64,000 nt of DNA from Escherichia coli. GTDB lineage: Bacteria; Pseudomonadota; Gammaproteobacteria; Enterobacterales; Enterobacteriaceae. The DNA is taken from assembly GCF_024700885.2 (NCBI RefSeq), contig NZ_CP117016.1; one strand, 5' to 3'. Each line of letters starts with the position of its first letter. Within the stretch, counting starts at the first letter, position 1. Positions 54,646 through 64,000 of the stretch are shown piece by piece. The notes beneath the pieces were generated by a model. That model was not told the origin of the DNA. It did not search any database and saw nothing but the letters and a program-made list of their open reading frames with translations. Made by a program: the position numbers and the translations under genes.

Positions 54646-55365
54646 TTATTTTAAATTCCCGACCAGGGCTTTGCGACTATCTTCCAGAGTCACAACGCGG
54701 CTACAAACATCTTTGCCAAACTGCTGGAAATCTTTTTCCTGCTTTTTCCATTCGGTTTGGATTGAGGATTGCAGACCGCCCAGGCTTCCCAGCACGTTCT
54801 GTAATGGGTTACCGCCGCTTTTCAGCACCGCTTTCGCGCCCATTTCATTAATGCTGTCCTGTAAAATTCCGCCCATTGCCTGATTAACTAATTGCTGGCC
54901 TTCGGCGCGAACCTGATCAATGGCTTTATAGTGAAACGTCAGGCCATCGCTGCGCGTTTCGATAATGCGGTTCATCTGCTCTTTCAGCTGCGCATCAAGT
55001 TTGGTCAGACGGCTGCGCATTTTGCTGCTTTCGCCCATCTCCTGAACGATAATTTTATCCAGCGCAATACGGGCTTTCTCGACGCGGCTTTTCGCGCCTT
55101 CATCAATCCACGGCAGCGTGCTGCGTAGTTCAGCCTGATAATCCTTCGCCTGCTCGCGCTGGGCGGCGTTCAGGGAATATTGCTTACCGTTATACATCAC
55201 GTTGCCGTCTGGCGTGATCACCAGATTGCCGTTTTCGCCTTTCACCTGCACGGTTTGCGGGCTGACAATCACATCGTCACGCGGCGTGACGCTGCACTGG
55301 TAGTCGGCGTGAGCGGTCATTGCCGTCACTGAAAGTGCTGCCGCCAGCAGCATTTTGCGCATCAT
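54646..55365 (-). CDS. yggN: DUF2884-family periplasmic protein YggN
   Basis: 239 aa with signal peptide. Confidence 0.88.
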   Translation of the reverse strand: MMRKMLLAAALSVTAMTAHADYQCSVTPRDDVIVSPQTVQVKGENGNLVITPDGNVMYNGKQYSLNAAQREQAKDYQAELRSTLPWIDEGAKSRVEKARIALDKIIVQEMGESSKMRSRLTKLDAQLKEQMNRIIETRSDGLTFHYKAIDQVRAEGQQLVNQAMGGILQDSINEMGAKAVLKSGGNPLQNVLGSLGGLQSSIQTEWKKQEKDFQQFGKDVCSRVVTLEDSRKALVGNLK

Positions 55366-55417
55366 AGTCTTCCCTCAAGAAAAAATTAGGCCAGCATTTG
55401 CTGGCCCGTATGCTTTA

Positions 55418-55744
55418 TTAGTCCCACCAAACGTCGAAAAGTTCGCTGGTGCGTACCTCATCCAGTTTGCGCTCTTCCAGCCACTTACGCACAATCGCCT
55501 GATGTTCTTCGGTGCATTTGCCGATTTCCTGCATGCAGATCAGACCTTCCCAGGCCAGATAACCGCTGCCGTCAAAGGCCAGTTTGTTCGGTTCGATAAC
55601 CTCGTTAATAAAGTCATCAACGGTTTTATCAATCTGTTCTTCCGATGTACCTTCCGGGAATCGCCATGCCACCGAAAATCCTAATTCCTGGAATTCGTCG
55701 ATGTGCATTTTTTTACGCAGACGACGGCTACGGTTCTTTGCCAT
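55418..55744 (-). CDS. yggL: DUF469 protein YggL
   Basis: ORF 55418..55774; start at [18 protein letters not shown]; 108 aa. Confidence 0.85.
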   Translation of the reverse strand: MAKNRSRRLRKKMHIDEFQELGFSVAWRFPEGTSEEQIDKTVDDFINEVIEPNKLAFDGSGYLAWEGLICMQEIGKCTEEHQAIVRKWLEERKLDEVRTSELFDVWWD

Positions 55745-56463
55745 TATTTCACCCTCTCGAACATTAAGTCCCATACTCCGTGACCAAGACGATGACCACG
55801 TTGTTCAAATTTCGTCACCGGACGTGATGCCGGACGAGGTACGTAATCATTGCTCTCTGACAGGTTTTTATAACCGTCAATAGAAGACATCACTTCAAGC
55901 ATATGTTCCGCATAAGGTTCCCAGTCGGTCGCCATATGGAATACGCCCCCCAGTTGCAGTTTGCTTTTTACCAGTTCGGCAAACGGCACCTGAACGATAC
56001 GGCGTTTATTATGGCGCGCTTTGTGCCACGGGTCAGGGAAAAAGAGCTGCACCATGCGCAATGAATTGTCAGGAATCATTTTATGCAGCACTTCAACCGC
56101 ATCGTGACACATCACGCGCAGGTTGCTTAAGCCCTCTTCATGCGCAGAAGCCAGGCACGCACCAACGCCCGGTGAATGCACTTCAATGCCGAGGAAGTCC
56201 TGCTCAGGGCGATCTTTAGCCATTGCCACCAGCGACGCCCCCATGCCAAAACCAATCTCAAGCGTCACCGGCGCTTCTCGGCCAAAAAGCGCGGGGAAAT
56301 CCAGCATATCTTCGCTGAACTCAACGCCCATCACCGGCCAGTAGTTTTCCAGCGCATGTTCCTGGCCTTTGGTCAGTCGCCCCTGGCGGCGCACAAAACT
56401 ACGGATACGGCGCAGTGGGCGGCCGTTTTCATCAAATTCCGGTGAGATGACGTCGTTTTTCAT
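55744..56463 (-). CDS. trmB: tRNA (guanine46-N7)-methyltransferase
   Basis: 239 aa, [30 protein letters not shown]... Confidence 0.93.
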   Translation of the reverse strand: MKNDVISPEFDENGRPLRRIRSFVRRQGRLTKGQEHALENYWPVMGVEFSEDMLDFPALFGREAPVTLEIGFGMGASLVAMAKDRPEQDFLGIEVHSPGVGACLASAHEEGLSNLRVMCHDAVEVLHKMIPDNSLRMVQLFFPDPWHKARHNKRRIVQVPFAELVKSKLQLGGVFHMATDWEPYAEHMLEVMSSIDGYKNLSESNDYVPRPASRPVTKFEQRGHRLGHGVWDLMFERVK

Positions 56464-56623
56464 AAAGATTTAGTCGCTTGTGAAAGTGTTCTGAAAACGG
56501 GCATTATCCAAAGTTAGTTGCCGGATGCAAGCATGATAAGGCCGTGGCTGCGGAAAGTTCCGGTTTACACCCTGCCGTCGCTGTGCTGCAATCTTGCCCC
56601 CAACAACAGTGAATTCGGTGACC

Positions 56624-57676
56624 ATGCAAGCGTCGCAATTTTCAGCCCAGGTTCTGGACTGGTACGATAAATACGGGCGGAAAACGCTGCCCTGGCAAAT
56701 TGACAAGACGCCCTACAAAGTATGGCTCTCAGAAGTGATGTTGCAACAAACTCAGGTTGCGACCGTTATCCCCTATTTTGAACGCTTTATGGCGCGCTTC
56801 CCGACGGTGACCGATCTCGCCAATGCACCGCTGGATGAAGTTCTCCACTTGTGGACCGGGCTTGGCTATTACGCCCGCGCGCGCAATCTGCATAAAGCGG
56901 CACAACAAGTGGCGACCTTACACAGCGGTAAATTCCCGGAAACCTTTGAAGAAGTCGCGGCGTTACCGGGCGTCGGGCGTTCCACCGCAGGCGCGATTCT
57001 CTCGCTTTCTCTGGGTAAGCACTTTCCGATTCTCGACGGTAACGTCAAACGCGTGCTGGCGCGCTGCTATGCTGTAAGCGGCTGGCCTGGGAAAAAAGAG
57101 GTCGAGAATAAACTGTGGAGTTTAAGCGAGCAGGTGACGCCCGCGGTTGGCGTGGAACGGTTTAATCAGGCGATGATGGATTTGGGCGCGGTGATTTGCA
57201 CGCGCTCGAAGCCGAAATGTTCGCTCTGTCCGCTACAAAACGGATGTATTGCCACCGCCAACAATAGCTGGTCGCTTTATCCGGGCAAAAAACCGAAACA
57301 GACGCTGCCGGAGCGTACTGGCTACTTTCTGCTGTTACAGCACGAAGATGAAGTATTGCTGGCGCAGCGTCCGCCGAGTGGATTGTGGGGCGGTTTATAC
57401 TGTTTCCCACAGTTTGCCGACGAAGAAAGTTTGCGGCATTGGCTGGCGCAACGGCAAATTGCTGCCGATAACCTGACGCAGCTGACCGCGTTTCGCCATA
57501 CCTTCAGCCATTTCCACTTAGATATTGTGCCTATGTGGCTTCCCGTGTCGTCATTCACCGGCTGCATGGATGAAGGCAATGCGCTCTGGTATAACTTAGC
57601 GCAACCGCCGTCAGTTGGCCTGGCGGCTCCCGTGGAGCGTTTGTTACAGCAGTTACGCACTGGCGCGCCGGTTTAG
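56624..57676 (+). CDS. mutY: adenine DNA glycosylase
   Basis: ORF 56594..57676; start at [20 protein letters not shown]; 4Fe-4S Cys cluster; 350 aa. Confidence 0.95.
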   Translation: MQASQFSAQVLDWYDKYGRKTLPWQIDKTPYKVWLSEVMLQQTQVATVIPYFERFMARFPTVTDLANAPLDEVLHLWTGLGYYARARNLHKAAQQVATLHSGKFPETFEEVAALPGVGRSTAGAILSLSLGKHFPILDGNVKRVLARCYAVSGWPGKKEVENKLWSLSEQVTPAVGVERFNQAMMDLGAVICTRSKPKCSLCPLQNGCIATANNSWSLYPGKKPKQTLPERTGYFLLLQHEDEVLLAQRPPSGLWGGLYCFPQFADEESLRHWLAQRQIAADNLTQLTAFRHTFSHFHLDIVPMWLPVSSFTGCMDEGNALWYNLAQPPSVGLAAPVERLLQQLRTGAPV

Positions 57677-57700
57677 CGCGTGAGTCGATAAAGAGGATGA

Positions 57701-57979
<279 letters not shown>

Positions 57980-58016
57980 AAACAGTGCCGGAGCACGCCT
58001 CCGGCAACTTGCATAA

Positions 58017-59123
<1,107 letters not shown>

Positions 59124-59324
59124 TTCCACTAACCGCCCCTGACGATGCTCAGGGGCAAAAATGTTATCCACATCACAATTTCGTTTTGCAAATTGGGAAT
59201 GTTTGCAATTATTTGCCACAGGTAACAAAAAACCAGTCCGCGAAGTTGATAGAATCCCATCATCTCGCACAGTCAAATGTGCTTTTTCAAACACTCATCC
59301 GCATCACGATGTGAGGAAATTAAC

Positions 59325-60581
59325 ATGAATCTTAAGCTGCAGCTGAAAATACTCTCTTTTCTGCAGTTCTGTCTGTGGGGAAGTTGGCTGACGACCCTCG
59401 GCTCCTATATGTTTGTTACCCTGAAGTTTGACGGTGCTTCTATCGGCGCAGTTTATAGCTCACTGGGTATCGCCGCGGTCTTTATGCCTGCGCTGCTGGG
59501 GATTGTGGCCGACAAATGGTTAAGTGCGAAATGGGTATATGCCATTTGCCACACCATTGGCGCTATCACGCTGTTCATGGCGGCCCAGGTCACGACGCCG
59601 GAGGCGATGTTCCTTGTGATATTGATTAACTCGTTTGCTTATATGCCAACGCTTGGGTTAATCAACACCATCTCTTACTATCGCCTGCAAAATGCCGGGA
59701 TGGATATCGTTACTGACTTCCCGCCAATTCGTATCTGGGGCACCATCGGCTTTATCATGGCAATGTGGGTGGTGAGCCTGTCTGGCTTCGAATTAAGCCA
59801 CATGCAGCTGTATATTGGTGCAGCACTTTCCGCCATTCTGGTTCTGTTTACCCTGACTCTGCCGCATATTCCGGTTGCTAAACAGCAAGCGAATCAGAGC
59901 TGGACAACCCTGCTGGGCCTCGATGCATTCGCGCTGTTTAAAAACAAGCGTATGGCAATCTTCTTCATCTTCTCAATGCTGCTGGGCGCGGAACTGCAGA
60001 TTACCAACATGTTCGGTAACACCTTCCTGCACAGCTTCGACAAAGATCCGATGTTTGCCAGCAGCTTCATCGTGCAGCATGCGTCAATCATCATGTCAAT
60101 TTCGCAGATCTCTGAAACCCTGTTCATTCTGACCATCCCGTTCTTCTTAAGCCGCTACGGTATTAAGAACGTAATGATGATCAGTATTGTGGCGTGGATC
60201 CTGCGTTTTGCGCTGTTTGCTTACGGCGACCCGACTCCGTTCGGTACTGTACTGCTGGTACTGTCGATGATCGTTTACGGTTGCGCATTCGACTTCTTCA
60301 ACATCTCTGGTTCGGTGTTTGTCGAAAAAGAAGTTAGCCCGGCAATTCGCGCCAGTGCGCAGGGGATGTTCCTGATGATGACTAACGGCTTCGGCTGTAT
60401 CCTTGGCGGCATCGTGAGCGGTAAAGTGGTTGAGATGTACACCCAAAACGGCATTACCGACTGGCAGACCGTATGGTTGATTTTCGCTGGTTACTCCGTG
60501 GTTCTGGCCTTCGCGTTCATGGCGATGTTCAAATATAAACACGTTCGTGTCCCGACAGGCACACAGACGGTGAGCCACTAA
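59325..60581 (+). CDS. nupG: nucleoside:H+ symporter
   Basis: ORF 59277..60581; start at MNLKLQLKILSFLQFCLWGS; 418 aa. Confidence 0.93.
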   Translation: MNLKLQLKILSFLQFCLWGSWLTTLGSYMFVTLKFDGASIGAVYSSLGIAAVFMPALLGIVADKWLSAKWVYAICHTIGAITLFMAAQVTTPEAMFLVILINSFAYMPTLGLINTISYYRLQNAGMDIVTDFPPIRIWGTIGFIMAMWVVSLSGFELSHMQLYIGAALSAILVLFTLTLPHIPVAKQQANQSWTTLLGLDAFALFKNKRMAIFFIFSMLLGAELQITNMFGNTFLHSFDKDPMFASSFIVQHASIIMSISQISETLFILTIPFFLSRYGIKNVMMISIVAWILRFALFAYGDPTPFGTVLLVLSMIVYGCAFDFFNISGSVFVEKEVSPAIRASAQGMFLMMTNGFGCILGGIVSGKVVEMYTQNGITDWQTVWLIFAGYSVVLAFAFMAMFKYKHVRVPTGTQTVSH

Positions 60582-60591
60582 TTACGCAAAG

Positions 60592-60625
60592 AAAAACGGG
60601 TCGCCAGAAGGTGACCCGTTTTTTT
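60592..60625. terminator. bidirectional terminator between convergent nupG and speC
   Basis: AAAAACGGGTCGCC-AGAA-GGTGACCCGTTTTTTT: A-run, hairpin, T-run. Confidence 0.8.
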
Positions 60626-60626
60626 C

Positions 60627-62762
60627 TTACTTCAACACATAACCGTACAATCGTTTCATGCCATCTGCATCGGTTTCGCTATAGACACCTTGCAGCTCCG
60701 GCGAAAATCCCGGCAACAAATTCACCCCTTCTTCCAGCGCAAGGAAATAACGTTGGACCGCCCCGCCCCAGACTTCCCCGGGCACCACGCAAAGCACGCC
60801 TGGTGGATAAGGCAACGCCCCTTCTGCCGCAATTCGCCCCTCGGCATCACGAATCCGCACCAACTCCACTTCACCGCGAATATAAGCACTATGCGCATCC
60901 TGGGGGTTCATCACCACTGACGGGAAACTCTGCTGGCGGAACATCGCTTTTTGTAGGTCTTTGACGTCGAAACTGACATACAGATCGTGCATCTCCTGAC
61001 ACAACTGGCGCAGGGTGTAGTCGCGATAGCGCACCGGATATTTGTTATAAACGCTCGGCAACACCTCAGCCAGCGGCGAGTCATCCTCAATATGCTGTTC
61101 AAACTGCGCCAGCATCGCCACCAGTTGCGCCAGCTTCTCGTGGCTTTCCGCCGGCGTTAATAAGAACAGAATGGAATTGAGATCGCACTTCTCCGGCACA
61201 ATGCCGTTCTCACGCAGATAGTGCGCCAGAATCGTCGCCGGAACGCCAAAGTCGCTATATTCGCCAGTTTCGGCATTGATACCTGGTGTAGTGAGTAACA
61301 GCTTGCACGGATCAACAAAATACTGATCCACGGCATATCCTTCAAAGCCGTGCCACTTCGCCCCCGGCTCAAAACTGAAAAAACGACGGTCACTGGCTAA
61401 CACTGATGTCGGATAATCCTGCCACAATTTGCCATCAACAACGGGCGGGATAAACGGGCGGAACAGCTTACAGTGCGCAAGAATAGCCTTGCGCGCTTCA
61501 ATCCCTATCACAACGCACTCAGCCCACAGCCGACGCCCACTCTCCCCTTCATGAATTTTGGCGTTAACGTCCAGCGCGGCAAACAACGGATAGAACGGGC
61601 TGGTAGAAGCATGGAGCATAAAGGCATTATTCAACCGCTTATGCGGGCAAAAACGCGCCTGTCCGCGGATATGGTTATCTTTTTTATGGATCTGCGACGT
61701 CTGTGAGAATCCCGCCTGCTGTTTGTGCACTGACTGGGTCACAAAGATCCCCGGATCGTTTTCGTTAAGTTCTAACAGCAGCGGCGAGCTATCCGCCATC
61801 ATCGGGATAAACTGTTCGTAACCGACCCACGCGGAATCAAACAGAATGTAATCACACAGATGCCCAACGGTATCGACCACCTGACGGGCGTTATAGACAG
61901 TGCCGTCATAGGTTCCCAACTGAATAATCGCCAGGCGAAACGGGCGCGGCAACTCAGCTTTTTCTGGCGCAACGTCGCGAATTTGCTGGCGCAGATACTC
62001 TTCATTAAAACAGTGCGCATCAATACCGCCAATGAAACCAAACGGGTTACGTGAAGCTTCCAGATAGACCGGCGTCGCCCCCGCCTGAATCAGCGCGCCG
62101 TGATGATTCGACTTATGGTTGTTACGGTCGAAGAGCACCAGATCGCCACGCGTTAACAGCGCATTCGTCACCACTTTATTCGCTGCCGATGTGCCGTTCA
62201 GGACAAAATAGGTTTTATCGGCATGAAAGACTTTGGCTGCGAATTTCTGCGCATCCTTCGCCGATCCTTCATGAATAAGCAGATCGCCCAATTTTACGTC
62301 AGCGTTACACATATCGGCGCGAAAGACGTTCTCACCAAAGAAATCGTAAAAATGGCGTCCGGCAGGATGCTTTTTAAAAAACGCACCATGTTGATGTCCA
62401 GGGCAAGCAAAGGTGCTGTTGCCCATCTCAACGTACTGCGTCAGCGTGTCATAAAACGGTGGCAGCAAATTCTCTTCATACTGACAGGCTGCGGATTCCA
62501 GCTCCAGCCACTGCTGCTCGTTGCCGTTGATTACCGCCGTAACGCCCGCAGGTAATTCAACAACATGTTCGGAATACAAAAACACCGGTAGATGAAAACC
62601 GGTGCGCTTAAGCAACGTAAGAATGCCACTGCGACTATCCGCAGCGGTAATGACGACTGCCGCGACGTCCGTAAAATCAGTATCTCCCAACGCCACCACG
62701 CGGCGATGAGTAGAAAGTCGGGATACCAGTTCACTACTGGCGGCAATATTCATTGATTTCAT
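60627..62762 (-). CDS. speC: ornithine decarboxylase (constitutive)
   Basis: ORF 60627..62822; start at MKSMNIAASSELVSRL; 711 aa. Confidence 0.95.
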   Translation of the reverse strand: MKSMNIAASSELVSRLSTHRRVVALGDTDFTDVAAVVITAADSRSGILTLLKRTGFHLPVFLYSEHVVELPAGVTAVINGNEQQWLELESAACQYEENLLPPFYDTLTQYVEMGNSTFACPGHQHGAFFKKHPAGRHFYDFFGENVFRADMCNADVKLGDLLIHEGSAKDAQKFAAKVFHADKTYFVLNGTSAANKVVTNALLTRGDLVLFDRNNHKSNHHGALIQAGATPVYLEASRNPFGFIGGIDAHCFNEEYLRQQIRDVAPEKAELPRPFRLAIIQLGTYDGTVYNARQVVDTVGHLCDYILFDSAWVGYEQFIPMMADSSPLLLELNENDPGIFVTQSVHKQQAGFSQTSQIHKKDNHIRGQARFCPHKRLNNAFMLHASTSPFYPLFAALDVNAKIHEGESGRRLWAECVVIGIEARKAILAHCKLFRPFIPPVVDGKLWQDYPTSVLASDRRFFSFEPGAKWHGFEGYAVDQYFVDPCKLLLTTPGINAETGEYSDFGVPATILAHYLRENGIVPEKCDLNSILFLLTPAESHEKLAQLVAMLAQFEQHIEDDSPLAEVLPSVYNKYPVRYRDYTLRQLCQEMHDLYVSFDVKDLQKAMFRQQSFPSVVMNPQDAHSAYIRGEVELVRIRDAEGRIAAEGALPYPPGVLCVVPGEVWGGAVQRYFLALEEGVNLLPGFSPELQGVYSETDADGMKRLYGYVLK

Positions 62763-63138
62763 AAGCGCAAACCCGTTTCGGGGAAGTAAGAATACCGGAC
62801 AAGGTGGAAAACCCTGCCCCATGAGATATGGGTCAAACTGGTCACCAGCTCCGACCGCCAGACATCAGTAAAAGCAGAAACGCTCTGATTTTACTGTTGT
62901 CCTGCAGTGAGCGTGCGTTAACTTCACCGCATGAGCAGTAGCATAAAAAGAGAAGAGTTTCGCGCGAAACGGCGATAAGCGAGAGAATGTAAGGAGGTGG
63001 CGTACATCGGGCAAACTCCGTACAGAGAGGAGAAAATTCGCGCAATCATGGCACCTTTCGCTAAAGCGTGCAAGCCAGGACTTTGCGAACAAACAAGCCA
63101 TCGACGGCACCAAACGGTCATAATAAGAAAATCAGACA

Positions 63139-63867
63139 ATGCAGCTAACAGGAACTCTTGTGGTCATCGGTCCTTTTATCAACGCAAGTGCAGTATTACT
63201 GGGTGGCGTGCTCGGTGCACTGCTTAGCCAACGCTTACCGGAACGTATCCGCGTCTCCATGACATCAATTTTTGGTCTGGCATCGCTGGGGATTGGTATT
63301 TTACTGGTGGTGAAATGCGCCAACCTTCCGGCGATGGTTTTAGCAACCTTACTCGGTGCATTAATCGGCGAAATTTGTCTGCTGGAAAAAGGCGTCAATA
63401 CCGCGGTCACCAAAGCACAAAATCTGTTTCGCCACTCACGTAAGAAGCCAGCGCATGAATCTTTTATTCAGAATTATGTCGCGATTATTGTCCTGTTTTG
63501 CGCCAGCGGCACCGGGATCTTCGGGGCGATGAACGAAGGGATGACCGGCGATCCGAGTATTTTAATCGCCAAGTCATTTCTTGATTTCTTTACGGCGATG
63601 ATCTTCGCCTGCTCGCTGGGTATTGCGGTATCGGTGATTAGTATCCCATTACTGATCATCCAGTTAACGCTGGCGTGGGCTGCCGCGCTGATATTACCGC
63701 TGACCACACCGTCGATGATGGCAGACTTCAGCGCCGTAGGCGGTTTATTGCTGCTGGCAACCGGATTACGCATCTGTGGCATTAAAATGTTCCCGGTGGT
63801 CAACATGCTTCCAGCACTCCTTCTGGCAATGCCGCTTTCCGCCGCCTGGACCGCCTGGTTTGCTTGA
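63139..63867 (+). CDS. yqgA: DUF554 inner membrane protein YqgA
   Basis: 242-aa ORF; alternative GTG start at 63160 would give 235 aa. Confidence 0.8.
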   Translation: MQLTGTLVVIGPFINASAVLLGGVLGALLSQRLPERIRVSMTSIFGLASLGIGILLVVKCANLPAMVLATLLGALIGEICLLEKGVNTAVTKAQNLFRHSRKKPAHESFIQNYVAIIVLFCASGTGIFGAMNEGMTGDPSILIAKSFLDFFTAMIFACSLGIAVSVISIPLLIIQLTLAWAAALILPLTTPSMMADFSAVGGLLLLATGLRICGIKMFPVVNMLPALLLAMPLSAAWTAWFA

Positions 63868-63933
63868 CAATGCGTGCAATAGCGGCAAAGTGATGATAGA
63901 TTGTGCAGTCTGCAGTAAATTGAAGAAATTTGA

Positions 63934-63962
63934 TTGACGAGACGTGGCGAATCAGGTTTAAT
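63934..63962 (+). promoter_or_regulatory. sigma70 promoter for pheV (TTGACG -35, 17-nt spacer, TTTAAT -10, GC-rich discriminator)
   Basis: read directly from sequence; about 10 nt upstream of tRNA start. Confidence 0.65.
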
Positions 63963-63972
63963 GCGCCCCGTT

Positions 63973-64000
63973 GCCCGGATAGCTCAGTCGGTAGAGCAGG
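63973..64000 (+). tRNA. pheV: tRNA-Phe, 5' end only (truncated by window edge)
   Basis: GCCCGGATAGCTCAGTCGGTAGAGCAGG matches the 5' acceptor/D-arm of E. coli tRNA-Phe. Confidence 0.85.

Noticed and set aside
62842-63139. Three overlapping minus-strand small ORFs upstream of yqgA
   Set aside because: They occupy all three frames of the same stretch with no start context; the pattern is that of non-coding DNA.
63868-64000. Genomic island or integrase at the pheV tRNA hotspot
   Set aside because: The window ends 28 nt into the tRNA; any island would lie downstream, outside the window.

Overview
The window reads as an Escherichia coli chromosomal segment running rpiA to pheV, collinear with the K-12 backbone as I remember it (rpiA, argP, scpA-argK-scpB-scpC, ygfI, yggE, argO, mscS, fbaA-pgk-epd, yggC-yggD-yggF-yggP-cmtAB, tktA, loiP, speB, speA, yqgB, metK, galP, sprT, endA, rsmE, gshB, yqgE, ruvX, yggR, yggS-yggT-yggU-rdgB-hemW, yggM, ansB, yggN, yggL, trmB, mutY, yggX, mltC, nupG, speC, yqgA, start of tRNA-Phe). 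Gene identities are from reading the supplied translations against remembered protein families; no database search was run. Six intergenic positions carry about 12-13 kb of extra DNA relative to my recollection of K-12: (A) 844-4139, a LysR regulator, a frameshifted AzoR-like flavoprotein gene, a DUF1471 secreted protein and a NOX/ferric-reductase-like flavocytochrome; (B) 13381-14424, an orphan TRAP-type (DctP-like) binding protein; (C) 19596-22672, a DUF296 protein plus an ECF-type transporter (S, T, A, A'); (D) 28375-29283, an SPFH/band-7 protein followed by a tandemly duplicated BIME; (E) 33808-34539, a lipoprotein of unknown function between speA and speB; (F) 49409-52244, a complete TRAP transporter. 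None carries an integrase or transposase. The NOX-like redox cluster (A) and the ECF island (C) are the best candidates for an undescribed system, with the speA-speB lipoprotein (E) third; none is a proven system. ygfI and the AzoR-like gene appear frameshifted. No CRISPR array, rRNA or IS element was seen. Hairpin and binding-site coordinates were counted by eye and may be off by 1-2 nt.
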